Assembly (NCBI GenBank): GCA_030704615.1
Contig: CM060733.1
Span: 14,012,001 to 14,076,000 of the forward strand
Length of the DNA: 64,000 bases
From: Takakia lepidozioides
Taxonomy: Eukaryota; Plantae; Bryophyta
Direction of reading: 5' to 3'
Shown one piece after another: positions 1 to 11,665 of the stretch. The notes below the pieces were generated by a model. It made no database searches, was not told the origin of the DNA, and saw only the letters and a list, made by a program, of their open reading frames with translations. How positions within the stretch are numbered: the first letter of the stretch is position 1; each line of letters starts with the position of its first letter. The position numbers and the translations under genes were made by a program.

Positions 1-2
1 GA

Positions 3-3000
3 GAATCAAGAATAGATCTTCGACCTGAACAGGGAACGCTTCATAAGGCTTTTCCGAATAATGTTTCATGGAAAGGGAGAGTGGAGGTTCAAACAGAATC
101 TCAAAAACTGACCAGGACCAGCCATGATATTGTCTCTTGGAAAGGAAGTGTGAATCTCCAGTCAGAACTTGCTACCCTGCACCAAGATACCATCTCTTTG
201 AAAGGCAGCGCAGAGATTCGGCCTGAATCGACGAACTTGCTAATTTGTCAAGATATTGAAAGTTGGAGAGGAAGAACAGAGCCCCGGGCGGAACTTCTGA
301 CCTTTTGCACCGGTTGTAAAGATACCAGGAGAGTGGAGGTTAGGACCGAGGCTACCCTTCACACAGCATGTAAGGACACTGTGGTCTGGAAAGGGAGGGC
401 TGAGGTCAGGCCTGAAGGTGTGAACCTGCCCACAGCTTGTCAGGACACCACTTGTGCAGAGACATTTGCTGATGTCAGCACTCCTGAAGTTCATGTCCTT
501 GCTGTCGATGACAGTGTCATCGATCGCAAAGTCATAGAAAGATTGTTGAAGATCTCATCATTCAAAGGTGAGATGTGTGACTGCTTGTGCCCCTTTTCTT
601 CTTTTCTGGGTGTTGACTAACTACAGGAGAGCCTCCTTGTACAGCGAGGAGCCCAAGTTAATTTTGTCCTCTGACTGCACCAGTGTAGCCACGAGGCTGT
701 CTAGCTTTAGGGACTTCTGCAGAACTCTAATTGGCAAGCATTCTACAGAGTCGCAACTCCACACATGTTAATGAATTTAGGCAACTGTTTTCTAGCCCTA
801 GTTGCAACCTATATGTCGAGTCACTTGCCTAACGGATATGCTAATGAAAAATTTGAAATGAAACCATGTTGCTTAATTGCATCAATCAGGAGTTCGACTC
901 ATCCCTGGTATCATGACAGGTTCCCCTATCCTCTTGTGCACTTTCCAAAACTTGGGATTAGAATCCACCCTTCTTTGTTGCATGCCACACCTAAAGTAGT
1001 GACATCTGATTTGTATGTGGCCCCTGTATCCCTATGGACCATCACCTGGTTTATGTGAAGAGCATTTTACCTTCTGGAAGATTTTGTTTGAGACTAGAGG
1101 GATGACTTTTGACATGTGCACATTTGGCTTGCAGTCACCACAGTTGACAGTGCACCAAGAGCTTTAGAGTTTCTGGGTCTTCATGAGGGACGGTCACCTT
1201 CCATCAGTGTAAATGTGAGATACTATTCTTCACCCCTCGCCCATTGGCTCTTTTCGCTACTGTTTGGCGCAGGAGAGATTCTGACAAATGATTCTTCAAG
1301 GATCCACAATGCCCTGAGAAGTGGGCAGCAGGGGCTTTTGGGTCTTTAGTTTATGACATTGTTATGTCTATAGTGGATGATACATGTCCGTTCCATGTAG
1401 CCAGTAGCAGGTTAGCTGCTTACGAGAGTTCTCTTCCTAGGCATGTTTGTTGCATGCATAAAGGGCCCAATTTCTGAAGTTAGGATAAGAGGAGAGCCTA
1501 GAGAGAAGATGTATATTGTCCAAAATAATAGATTTAATTCTTGATATAATTTCTAGCATTGGAGATGGGGAATTTTGCAAATGTATTCGACCGCAATGCC
1601 TTGACAATTTGTACTCTCTACAAAGGGTGCTAGGGTCTTAGTGGGATTGAATATGTCTGCAAGCTCACTAAATTGGCCAAACAGATGGGAGCTTGAGAGA
1701 CAAAGGGAGGCAGATGCTGATTATAAGCTTTTAGACATCGTACTGATACTTCTCAATATTCTGGAGTCCAACCTACCTTCGTATTTCTGATACAAATGCT
1801 GGTCGTTTATGCAGGTATTTGGTGTCAATTTGATTGTGACAGATTATTGCATGCCAGGAATGACAGGTTACGATCTTCTCAAGAGAGTAAAGGTACTGCT
1901 CTTATCTCTGTGGTTGCCTTTCGCACATGAATGGAAGTATTACTTGGAGCCATGCAGTTGTTCTGTGTGGTAGTTCCTCTAGAGATCAGCAAGTGGTGCA
2001 CTCCACACAAAATCTTACTGATCGTAGTCAGGCTTAGAATTTGTTGCAGATTGGTACATGTTCTGCTGAATCCTACTCACCCATTTGTCCTCCATCTTGC
2101 AATTGCAAAGGAACTGGCAGTTGGTTTCAAACTAGTGTTGGTTTACATGTCCATGAACTCCTAGTGCTATCTTGGACTGTAATACGTACACCCTGAGCTT
2201 TCTACCTCCTTAATATAGCCAGTATTAAAGGTAGCTTCACGGCGTTGCTAAATTTGGATGACCGTAACTGTAACCTCACTTTTCTGACAGTCTCTCTAAG
2301 CTCTAGTGGCCAGGCCTCATCTCAGGGAAAGATAGGATGAGCTTATGGGTTTGTCTCATTTCTAGTGCTGTTTTAGAAAGGGAGCACCGACAAAGGATTT
2401 CATTTTATTCTATTTTATCTCCTAACCAGCTGAGCTTTCAAGTAGTGACCCGGCAATCACTTTCCTTGTCTCATGTGTCTCCAGTTTGGCTCAGTGAGGA
2501 CAACTGTCTGGATGCACAATGCTGACACCCCCCTGCTCTTGTAACTCTGCGGATTTGACTAACAGTAGAGGATATGGTTGGGTATGTCAGGCACAGACCT
2601 CTGCTCTTAAGGACATTCCAGTGGTGATTATGTCTTCAGAAAACGTTCCAAGCCGCATTGAAAGGTCATTCTCTCTTCATGACATTTCATCCTCAATTGT
2701 GCAGCTTTTGAAAGGGTTATGTTCATCAACATCTCTGGTAAAAAGTTATAGGTTGTGCAGTCCAATTTGATTGAAAGCAGCCATGGTACTCTGTCAACTC
2801 TGATGTCCTTGAATATCACGTTGACCTTTATAGATATGGGTCTCTTTATATGGCAGGTGTCTTGCAGAGGGTGCAGAAGAATTTTTAATCAAGCCAGTGA
2901 AGCTGGCTGACATGAAGAGATTACAGGGGCTCATTAGACCTTCACGGTCCTCTGGATCCTGCGAAAGTTCAGCTTCTTCGTCGTCATGTCCCAAAAGGAA

Positions 3001-3079
3001 AATTGGGTCTTCTGAAGGTTTGCAAGTCAAGACCAGCCCGGAAAGACGATTGCGCTTGAGCGGTGTGATCGTTGCCTGA
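3..3079 (+). CDS. Type-A two-component (cytokinin) response regulator with N-terminal repeat extension; 5' end lies upstream of the window
   Basis: Exons read by hand: <3-567, 1135-1214, 1815-1892, 2591(or 2597)-2664, 2857-3079, all GT-AG and phase-compatible. Spliced receiver domain: [42 protein letters not shown]...[23 protein letters not shown]...[38 protein letters not shown] (conserved D-D-K residues). Short C-tail without a Myb/GARP domain fits type-A ARR. The frame is open back to window position 3. Confidence 0.93.
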
Positions 3080-4139
3080 TAGAGTTGCTACAGCTTTGGT
3101 GGCCATTTTCGAACCACTTCAGAAGTAGAGTGAGGTTTATCAGGGCAACATTTCCAAGCCCCAGGCCAAAGCCAGTGGTGTTGTTTGGTTTACCTTGCAC
3201 CCACCTCAGCTCTGTGTGTGACCTACTACGCACAGAGTTGGGGTCTCACAAATTTTGCACTATCAGAGACTCTGTAAGACATGTGGCGGTGATGTGAAGA
3301 TATTTCAGCATCACTCTGCAGTCTCGCAGATATGTGGAGATTGATGACCAGAAAGAAAAGGGAGAGGCAGGTGGGTTGTAGTCAGCAGACAGACACCAGG
3401 GGTCCAACTTAAAAGGGCTATGTACAATATGGTAGGCACTTGAAGATGCAGGGAACCTCTTGCCTTGACTTCCCCAACCTTCGACTTGAATTGTTGGGGG
3501 CCACTCGCATGAGCACTCTGACCACCTGTGGTGGCATGCCTTCCAGCAGTTTTGTGGGAAGTCTTTAAATATGTTCCTGCTGTATTTATAATCTTTTGAG
3601 CTCCTTTGTCGTCCAATTCAAAAAGTGTAAAACACATGGACGGAAATTCGAATCCAACAATACTTTCATATTCAATTCTTGGGTGATTCAACTTTGTTTT
3701 CCCTCACTTTCTTTTCATCTTGTTGATGTAGCTGACATTAACACAACTTGCAAGAGATTGATTGATTGATTGCAGTTTTGGTGTTGATGATCTCTCTCTC
3801 TACTTCAGGGCATGCTTTTTCGTGTCAACAGTGTGTCTTTCAGATGACAGTGCAGGACTTGTATGGCAGGAGTGTAACTTGGCAGTTTCTAGCAACAAAG
3901 TGAGGTTGTGGAAGACAGTCCAAGCTGTGCAAGACAAACTTTCCCTCTTGTCCGCAGCAAACAGGATGGTGCGTAAGGGAGTAACTTCACATTCTGGCTT
4001 TCTGGAGTGTGTGGTGCAACCCCGGATCACCTTCTCTGCAACCCCGGATCTGGGCACACACGCATGCACTTGAAGCTACCGAGCAAACATCCCCTGCTTC
4101 CTTCAGCCCTACGCACATTCCAAAACAAAAACCAACTGC

Positions 4140-5560
4140 TCTTATGCTGCACGAGCCTCCCTTCGCTGATGAATACAAGCGGCCCATTCGTGACCACTAT
4201 TTTATCCAAAACTCACTTTATTAATTCGTCCCGTCAACCAACTTAAATCAACGTCATCCGCATCTTCAAATTAGAACTCAGCCAATTGCCAATGATATAT
4301 GAAAATAAATCAAACTATAAACATGCCATAATGAGCAAACACCTCGGAACACGCCCAAACTTGACATTATTACGTCACCAAAAAAAATCTAATTATGCCA
4401 AAGCAAAAAAGAAATCAATATATGTACTAACAAACTCAGATACACAACCTTATGGCATAATCTTGACATTCTCCTTCACATATCTAGAAATGAACTAATC
4501 ATATATGTATAGCACCCTCATACAATAATTTTAAACGAAGTCCTACTTGGAGATATTCATTCCTTCTCTAATTCAACAGCTAATAATTAAATACAAACTT
4601 CATCGGGTACCTTCGTGACAAAATACCCACTGACTCAATCCAAACACACACACAAACTAAGCATCATTGTGGCACAAAACATAGAATCTAATAGCACCCA
4701 ATTGATACATATACTAATCAAGTTGCATACAAAATCTTTGGGAATTCGCTTAACATCATCATTCACATACCCAGGTACAACATTTACACATAGAATACCT
4801 AAATACAACATTTTAATGCATACCTCTTCCCATTGTCTTGTTAATTCACAAAGGCTGCAACATCATCTAGCATTTCAACCATCCATTCCTACCACCCAGT
4901 CCTTTTCGCACTACTTAGTCTTCAGTCGTACAACTCTAGAAGTAATTGGTTACAATTAATTTGACAAGCATAACAAACATACAGGCCTACAAAAATATAG
5001 CCACCAATAAAAGAAATCATCCCTCAAATCCAATACAAAAGCACACACAGATTAACAACAAGTTCCCAAGTCATTCTCAATCTACCCAATACACTAAATC
5101 CCATCGAGACCATTGTGAACTGCTTATCCAAAGCAACCAAAGCAAGATATAGCTTATAGTTTCACCCATCTTCAATCATTCTAAAATTGGAATACGATAT
5201 CTTCAACCGATACCTTCCCAAGCTACAATACATTCTTGACCCAGAATCCCCAAATGCACTGTCATATGGTATAACCACATCTGAATACCCAACACTAGTT
5301 TATAATAGTTACAAATAGCGTTTTCATTTATGAGTACTATTCACATATACAACTTGTGTATTTCCAAATCCTAAATCATGTGATATCATGTTATCTAAAA
5401 GGCTAGAGACTCAAATACTATCTACACTAACAAAACTTGGAGAGCTACCTGAACACCATTCCCAATACAAAGCCCACCACATCCCTTAAAATACATGAAG
5501 ACTTCGTTGATCTCCTACAAAGTCTTAACTCCATGAGGATCACGTACATCAACTACTTAC
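4140..5560 (+). mobile_element. Degenerate A/C-rich non-LTR retrotransposon-like sequence, probably the same RLE/Dualen-like family as 6770-6940 and 9200-9735
   Basis: Same strand-biased A/C-rich composition as the neighbouring fragments that carry recognisable RLE motifs; broken ORFs; 4521-5252 is duplicated at 7047-7772. No diagnostic motif recognised here. Confidence 0.35.
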
Positions 5561-5619
5561 AACATATATAATAACCATCCCTTCACCAAGAATGTGATGA
5601 TCGCATGATATACCCAGTA

Positions 5620-5760
5620 GGGGTGCAGGATCCTGAGGGCTTTGGAGACCTATGAACAGATGATGCAGGAAGAGATCAAGCCTGACCACATCACGGTTTT
5701 TTTGGGTTTGTAATGTTTGTGCAACCACAGCAGCTTGGAAGCTACAAAGGGAGTGTTTGA
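5620..5760 (+). pseudogene. PPR (PLS-type) motif fragment
   Basis: Translates RILRALETYEQMMQEEIKPDHITV, then after a frameshift CNVCATTAA, resembling the PPR consensus EAL.LY.QM..EG.KPD.ITF..VL.AC. Confidence 0.55.
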
Positions 5761-6005
5761 CAATTGATTGGATAAGACTTGGAGACTTGGAGGATGCAAT
5801 GAGGCTACAATCTTCTGAGGCTACACGGCTTATGCATGAAACCAACATAATGGCTGCTAATTTTTCCTTACGTGCTTATAAATGCCAGTGCTGCCTCTTG
5901 ACTTTGATCGAGGTCTATTTCTCATCATAGTTTAACTTTAGGTCTGTACATAGATATGGGAATCAAAATAGGTTCAACCATTTGTAAGTTGTTTATATAA
6001 CAATG

Positions 6006-6085
6006 TAGAAAGAGGACGCCGGCCGTAGCCGGTGTAACTAAGAGCCATTTCACCTTGCGGCTACTGCCCTCTTTCGAGGGTGGGC
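6006..6085 (-). mobile_element. 80-bp structured retro-insertion (LINE 3' end or minimal SINE), copy 1
   Basis: Flanked by perfect 10-bp direct repeats TATAACAATG (5996-6005 and 6086-6095). Homologous to 49785-49857, which follows the stop codon of an RLE-LINE ORF. The minus strand folds into three tetraloop hairpins. Confidence 0.8.
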
Positions 6086-6769
6086 TATAACAATGGATTT
6101 TCTTTCAGATTGTAGCTAATCTCTTAGTAAATTGTCAACTTTTCACTACCCAAATTAACGATGGGCCTCATAACGGACACTAGATTTAGGAGGAGCACAG
6201 CAGAGCTAGTACTTTCAACATATTTTACTGAGAACCATGGCTATTGCAGAAAGAGTTTTACTTCTTGTTTGACGAAGATTGCGTTGTAGGTTTCCCAACA
6301 TATATCTTGTGGTGGGACGCGGCAATAATGTACTCATACGCAAATAGGGAAATATTGTTATGAACGAGGCTAAACGCTATAAGTCACTTCGGCATTGCAA
6401 GTTAGTTCTTTTTCTGCCTTACTTCAAAATAAGTAAGTTGGATGTATCTAAAATGATATTTGTCTTGGTCAGAGAGTCATGTATGGCCCTTTGTAGGCTT
6501 TGACGTGATTCAGAATTTTGATGAAGTCTCACTTTTAGTCTACATTGGTGACAGTGTAGAGATGAACGGTCAAGCAATTATTGATACAAAGAAGTTTGGA
6601 GGCTGATAAGACTACCGATCCGCAAATGAACTTGACTTTAATGAAACTGATACATAATATCCTTTGTTTTAGGCTTGTAATAGATTGATTGACAACAAGA
6701 TTGACACTGAATCAAACTTGGCCGTATCTATAAGTGTCCCATAATCCATGGACTATATAGTTCGAGATA

Positions 6770-6940
6770 ACCAAAGACTTTGGCATCTTCATAAACTTCT
6801 TTTGTCACATCCTAAATCTAGGTGGTTCGACATTATCAATGTAGGCACGTTTCAAGATAGACCACCAGACCACAATACAATACCTCCATGGCTACTACCA
6901 TGCACATGTCTCGATTATCCATGCCGTTGTTTAACAAGAT
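6770..6940 (+). mobile_element. RLE-type non-LTR retrotransposon fragment (Dualen/RandI-like), region following the CCHC knuckle
   Basis: RDNQRLWHLHKLLLSHPKSRWFDIINVGTFQDRPPDHNTIPPWLLPCTC is homologous to RHNQAV...[28 protein letters not shown] at ~57240-57100 (minus), which follows a CPLC..H..C knuckle. Confidence 0.7.
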
Positions 6941-7771
6941 TATGCCTTGAGTGAATGTTTTTATTCTAGATTCATTATCTCTCAAAGCACATTTGGCCAA
7001 GTTATTTATTTATTTTTGGTCTATGGATTCCCTATTTTGTCAACAATACAATAATTTTAAACGAAGTCCTACCCATAATCTTAAACAATCGGAAATATTC
7101 ATTCCTTATCTAATTCGACAACTAATAATTAAATACAAACTTCATCGAGTACCTTCGTAACAAATACCCACTAATAACTCAATCCAAACACACACACCCA
7201 AACTAGGCATCATTGTGGCACAAAACATAGAATCTAATAGCACCCAATTGATACATATACTAATCAAGTTGCATACACAGCCTTTGGGAATTCACTTAAC
7301 ATCATCATTCATATACTTAGGTACAACATTTACATATAAAATACCTAAATACAACATTTTAATGCATGCCTCTTCCCATTGTCTTATTAATTCACGAATA
7401 TGCATCCGTCCGCTAATCATAAGACCTTGGCTGCAACATCATCTAGTATTTCAACCATCCATTCCTCCCACCCAGTCGTTTTCGCACTACTTACTCATTA
7501 GTCGTACAACTCTAGATATAATTGGTTACAACTAATTTGACAAGCATAACAAACATACATACCTACGAAAATATAGGTCATTCTCAATCTACCCAATACA
7601 CTAAGTCCTATCCAAACCATTGTGAACTGCTTATCCAAAGCAGCCAAAGCGAGATACAACTTATACTTTCACCCATCTTCAGTCACTCTAAAATTGGAAT
7701 ACATACATCTTCATAACATCTTCAACCCATACCTTCTTAAGTTACAATACATTCTTGACCCAGAATCCCCA

Positions 7772-7850
7772 AGAGAGGCCCTGCTAATTTTTTAAGAAAT
7801 GCAAATGGAAGGCTTGAAGTCGGATAGTATCACCAGTGTCATCGGGTTTG
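7772..7850 (+). pseudogene. PPR motif fragment
   Basis: Translates REALLIF*EMQMEGLKSDSITSVIG, matching the PPR consensus EAL.LF.EM..EG.KPD.IT with an in-frame stop. Confidence 0.5.
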
Positions 7851-8442
7851 CTTTTCAAAAGTTTGGGTATTTCTAAGGCTATGGTAGGTGTTCTTTCCAG
7901 TCTCATTTTAAAACCTCTCATGAATATCAAGGTTATTTGTGTTCAACTCATGATGCACTTTTTTGAAAACCATGCTGATTGCAGTAGTCTTTGATCAGCA
8001 CAGCGCATGTTCTTCATGACTAAGATTCAGCATCATGATTTTGATATTCCATTAGAGACTCGTATTTGATGCCTGGTCCCAAGATACTCCTTTGGTGCCA
8101 TTAGACATTTCGCAAACATTAGTTTGTGGTCCGCTTGTTTTAGGCATTCAATTCTATTGGCGACATGTAGTGAGTTCCTTTCATTAAAATTGTTAAAAAT
8201 GGATTGAGTTAGGTGGAGATGATTAGCATGGCAGGCTAGCACCGCAATCTTCTGAGGCTACATGGCTTCTGCATGAAACCAACAGAATGGCTGCTAATTT
8301 TTCCTTACGTGCTTATAAATGCCAGTGCTGCCTCTCGACTTTGATTGAGGTCTATTTCTCATCATAGTTTAACTTTAGGTCTATACATAGGTATGGGAAT
8401 CAAAACAGGTTCAACCATTTGTAAGTTGTTTATATAACAATG

Positions 8443-8522
8443 TAGAAAGAGGACGCCGGTCGTAGCCGGCGTAACTAAGAGCCACTTCACCTTGCGGCTA
8501 CTGCCCTCTTTCGAGAGTGGGC
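8443..8522 (-). mobile_element. 80-bp structured retro-insertion, copy 2 (duplicated along with segment B')
   Basis: Same TSD TATAACAATG (8433-8442 and 8523-8532); near-identical to 6006-6085. Confidence 0.8.
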
Positions 8523-9199
8523 TATAACAATGGATTTTCTTTCAGATTGTGGCTGATCTCTTAGTAAAATGTCAACTTTTCACTACCAAAATTAACGATG
8601 GGCCTCATAACAGACACTAGATTTAGGAGGAATACAGCAGAGCTAGTACTTTCAACATATTTCTCTGAGAACCATGGCTATTGCAGAAAGAGTTTCACTA
8701 CTTGTTTGATAAACATTGCGTTGTCAGTTTCCCAACACATATCTTTTGGTGGGATGCTGCAACGATGTACTCATACGCAAATAGGGAAATATTGTTATGA
8801 ACGAGGCTAAACGCTATAAGTCACTTCGGCATTGTAAGTCAGTTCTTCTTTCTGCCTTACTTCAAAATAAGTAAGTTGGATGTATCTAAAATGATATTTG
8901 TCTTGGTCAGAGAGTCATGTATGACGCTTTGTAGGCTTTGATGTGATTGAGAATTTTGATGAAGTCTCACTTTTCGTCTACATTGGCGACAGTGTAGAGA
9001 TGAACTGTCAAGCTATTATTGATACAAAGAAGTTTGGAGGTTGATAAGACTACCGATCCGCAAGTGAACTTGACTTTAATAAAACTGCTATGTAATATCC
9101 TTTGTTTTAGGCTTGTAATAGATTGATTGACAACAAGATTGACACTGAATCAAATTTGGCCGCATCTATAAGTGCCCCATAATCCGTGAATTATATATA

Positions 9200-9735
9200 G
9201 TTCGACATAACCAAAGAATTTGGCATCTTCAGAAACTTCTTCTGTCACATCCTAAATCTAGATGGTTCAACATCATCAATGCAGGCACGTTTCAAGGTAG
9301 ACCACCAAACCACACTCTACCTCCATGGCTACTACCATGCACATGTCTCAATTATCCATGCCGTAACTTTTAACAAGATTATGCCTTGAGTGAATGTTTT
9401 TATTCTAGATTCTTTATCTCTCAAAGCACATTTGGTTTTTTTTTTTTTTTTTTGGTCTATGGATCCCCTATTTCGTCAACAATACAAATAGGTCTACGCC
9501 CTCCATCACCATTCATATAATAGAACTTACATTTTGCCATGATAGATATCATAACCAATCATATGTATAAACGTGAAAAATATGAACCACTCATTTTAGC
9601 ACTTCGTCTATATGGATGGAACACTGCCCCTTTGACTATTATTACCGTTGGTGTCAATGGAGGAGTACATTGCCACAACAGTCAAATAGTAAAAAAGAAC
9701 CTCAAACTACGCACGTGCGCTTCACAGATAACATG
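9200..9735 (+). mobile_element. RLE-type non-LTR retrotransposon remnant (Dualen/RandI-like restriction-like endonuclease region)
   Basis: RHNQRIWHLQKLLLSHPKSRWFNIINAGTFQGRPPNHTLPPWLLPCTC at 9200-9360. IHIIELTFCHDR...KREKYEPLILALRLYGWNTAPLTIITVGVNGGVH at 9500-9670 is the typical E...K..KY..L...GW...G..G tail of RLE domains. Confidence 0.72.
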
Positions 9736-9759
9736 ATTACAACCTTGACCATCAAATGG

Positions 9760-10316
9760 CCAGTGCCATAGTTTGACTTTTTCGAAAAATAGGACCATGA
9801 CCCTTAAGACCAACTTCCATGTATAGGCCAAGTTGGCACTAAATGACAAAAATGACACTTGCTTCCATGCCTTAATTTTCGCCGGCGCTCAGATATCGGT
9901 GACCGACATCGATGAGCGCAATAGCTCAGGATTTGGCGCCAGAGTTCATAGCTGATATCGGTAATCACTTTTCACCTATTGTACTAGGTTACCATGTCTC
10001 TTCTACCTGCTGTGAAGGTCACCTTTGTGCACATTGCTCATTGTTGCTCCTCTCTCTTGACTCAGATATCGCTCCCGCGGGATCCACCCTTTGCAAAAGT
10101 GACCGGTTCAATTGGTCGGGGCCTTGGACAGCAAGGCAGACCTATTGCCCGATTACTTTCGAACCCTATGCATATAAAAGCAACCATCCATGCTATCACT
10201 CGGCCATGCTCCACCGACGTCGGCAAACTTTGGATAACTTGGCCGATTTGGCCGGGACATGGAAGTTGGCCCTAAATCCCAGTGCCATAGTTTGACTTTT
10301 TCAAAAATAGGACCAT
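9760..10316. repeat. Segment bounded by 38-39-bp direct repeats; possible non-autonomous DNA transposon remnant
   Basis: CCAGTGCCATAGTTTGACTTTTTC(G)AAAAATAGGACCAT at 9760-9798 and 10279-10316; internal short motifs GGCCAAGTT/AACTTGGCC and GATATCGGT recur. Confidence 0.5.
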
Positions 10317-10668
10317 TGTAATGATAAAATGGTGTAACGTTTAGAAAATCAATTTTTTAAAGAACTTGACCGCACATCATGTGCTTACCTTCCTCATGCT
10401 CCCATCTCCCAATTTCCAGGGCAATTGGCCCAGGATCTAGAAAACACCACCCTTGAATGTGGGGGCCGATTGGAAAAACATAGAATTTTTTTTTAGTTTT
10501 TTCTAAAATTTGAGTGACGGGATCAACTCGGATTGAGGCAAGATTAGTAGAGCTTCATCTCCTTGGGATACCTTATCCAACAAGCTAAAAATAGTCCAAT
10601 TTGGCCAACGTATATGGTGTTGCCACTTGGGCAACTCCTCTCACAATGACCCTCACATACACACGGGT

Positions 10669-11112
10669 TGTCATGGTTTTGATTGTGGTTAGTTATCTAG
10701 AATAATTATTTCTAATTAATGAGAAATTTATTAGTAAAAATATATATTTTGCTGGCATTAGGACTTCATTTGGTTCCACGTGCCAAGTGAGGTGACAAAA
10801 CCTCACTTGGGATGTGGAGAGGTTTATCTCCCATGAGGCTCAAGAAGGCTCGTCTTCTTCTAATTGAGCCGTCCGAGCTTCTCTCACCTCGATGGCTCTA
10901 GTTCATGAGTAGGAGTGTGCATGAGTGTTGTATGGTGGATTCATTTAGTTAAGATGCCATTGGCTTAACTATTATAGAGTGGTAGAGTTGGATTGTATTT
11001 GGAGGTTTATGTGTGCTCTTGGTGTGATGTGGTTATTGTGGCATAGCTTTCTAGGACTACGTGCTAGGAAGACAACGTTGTATGTTGTGGCACGATGCTT
11101 AGGTGCACGACA
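10669..11112 (+). mobile_element. Solo LTR of the PHD-integrase Ty3/Gypsy family
   Basis: TGTCATGG...GCTTAGGTGCACGACA termini; homologous to 11666-12096 and 55636-56142; flanks GGGT/GTGT (4-bp TSD with one mismatch). Confidence 0.8.
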
Positions 11113-11665
11113 GTGTGAAGAAATCTTAACATGAACTAGAAAGAATTACCTTTATCAAAACCTGGCCCTTTGTTTGCGTGATGAGTCAACTTTGTCTTAA
11201 CTCGCTGCCCAATCTTTGCAGTCCACGACAAGGGTCATTCTATACAGATCTGAAAAAACAATGTATATGCACGTCAGTCTCCGACAAGATTCCGTCTTGT
11301 TGTACAGGCAGACGCTGTCAACTCGTCATTGCTTCCGTCACTCGTACTAACGGCCGTCACTGCTGACGACAAAGATCGGGTAATGTGCTATAACGGATGA
11401 AAATATGTTTATCTATTCAAACTGAATTCATCTAATATTCTCTCTAGTCGGATCTAAGGTGCAATTAGTATTACAGTCGGACCTGGCTAAGTGTTAGGGG
11501 TTGGGAGTAGGAAAATACGTAACATAAATAGAGTAACTTATTAACAGTTTAACCCCTAAATGACAAGCGACCCTAGATTTGGGTCGCTTCAGGGCCCTGA
11601 AGCCGGTTTTGGGCCTGGTGGATGTGTAAGGGTTAATCCTCAACAAAAGAAAGATTGAAAGTGGT

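Larger units (their letters stand above)
4521..9487. repeat. Tandem segmental duplication with ~2.45-2.5 kb period (A-x-B-A'-y-B')
   Basis: 4521-5252 aligns to 7047-7772 (e.g. both give AQNIESNSTQLIHILIKLHT). 5806-7050 aligns to 8245-9487 (CAATCTTCTGAGGCTAC...CAACAATACAA). The spacers x and y differ. Confidence 0.9.

Noticed and set aside
2591-2596. Tandem acceptor CAG|GCACAG| in response-regulator exon 4 as regulated alternative splicing
   Set aside because: Both sites are in frame (difference of 2 aa); common and untestable without RNA data, so noted only as boundary uncertainty.
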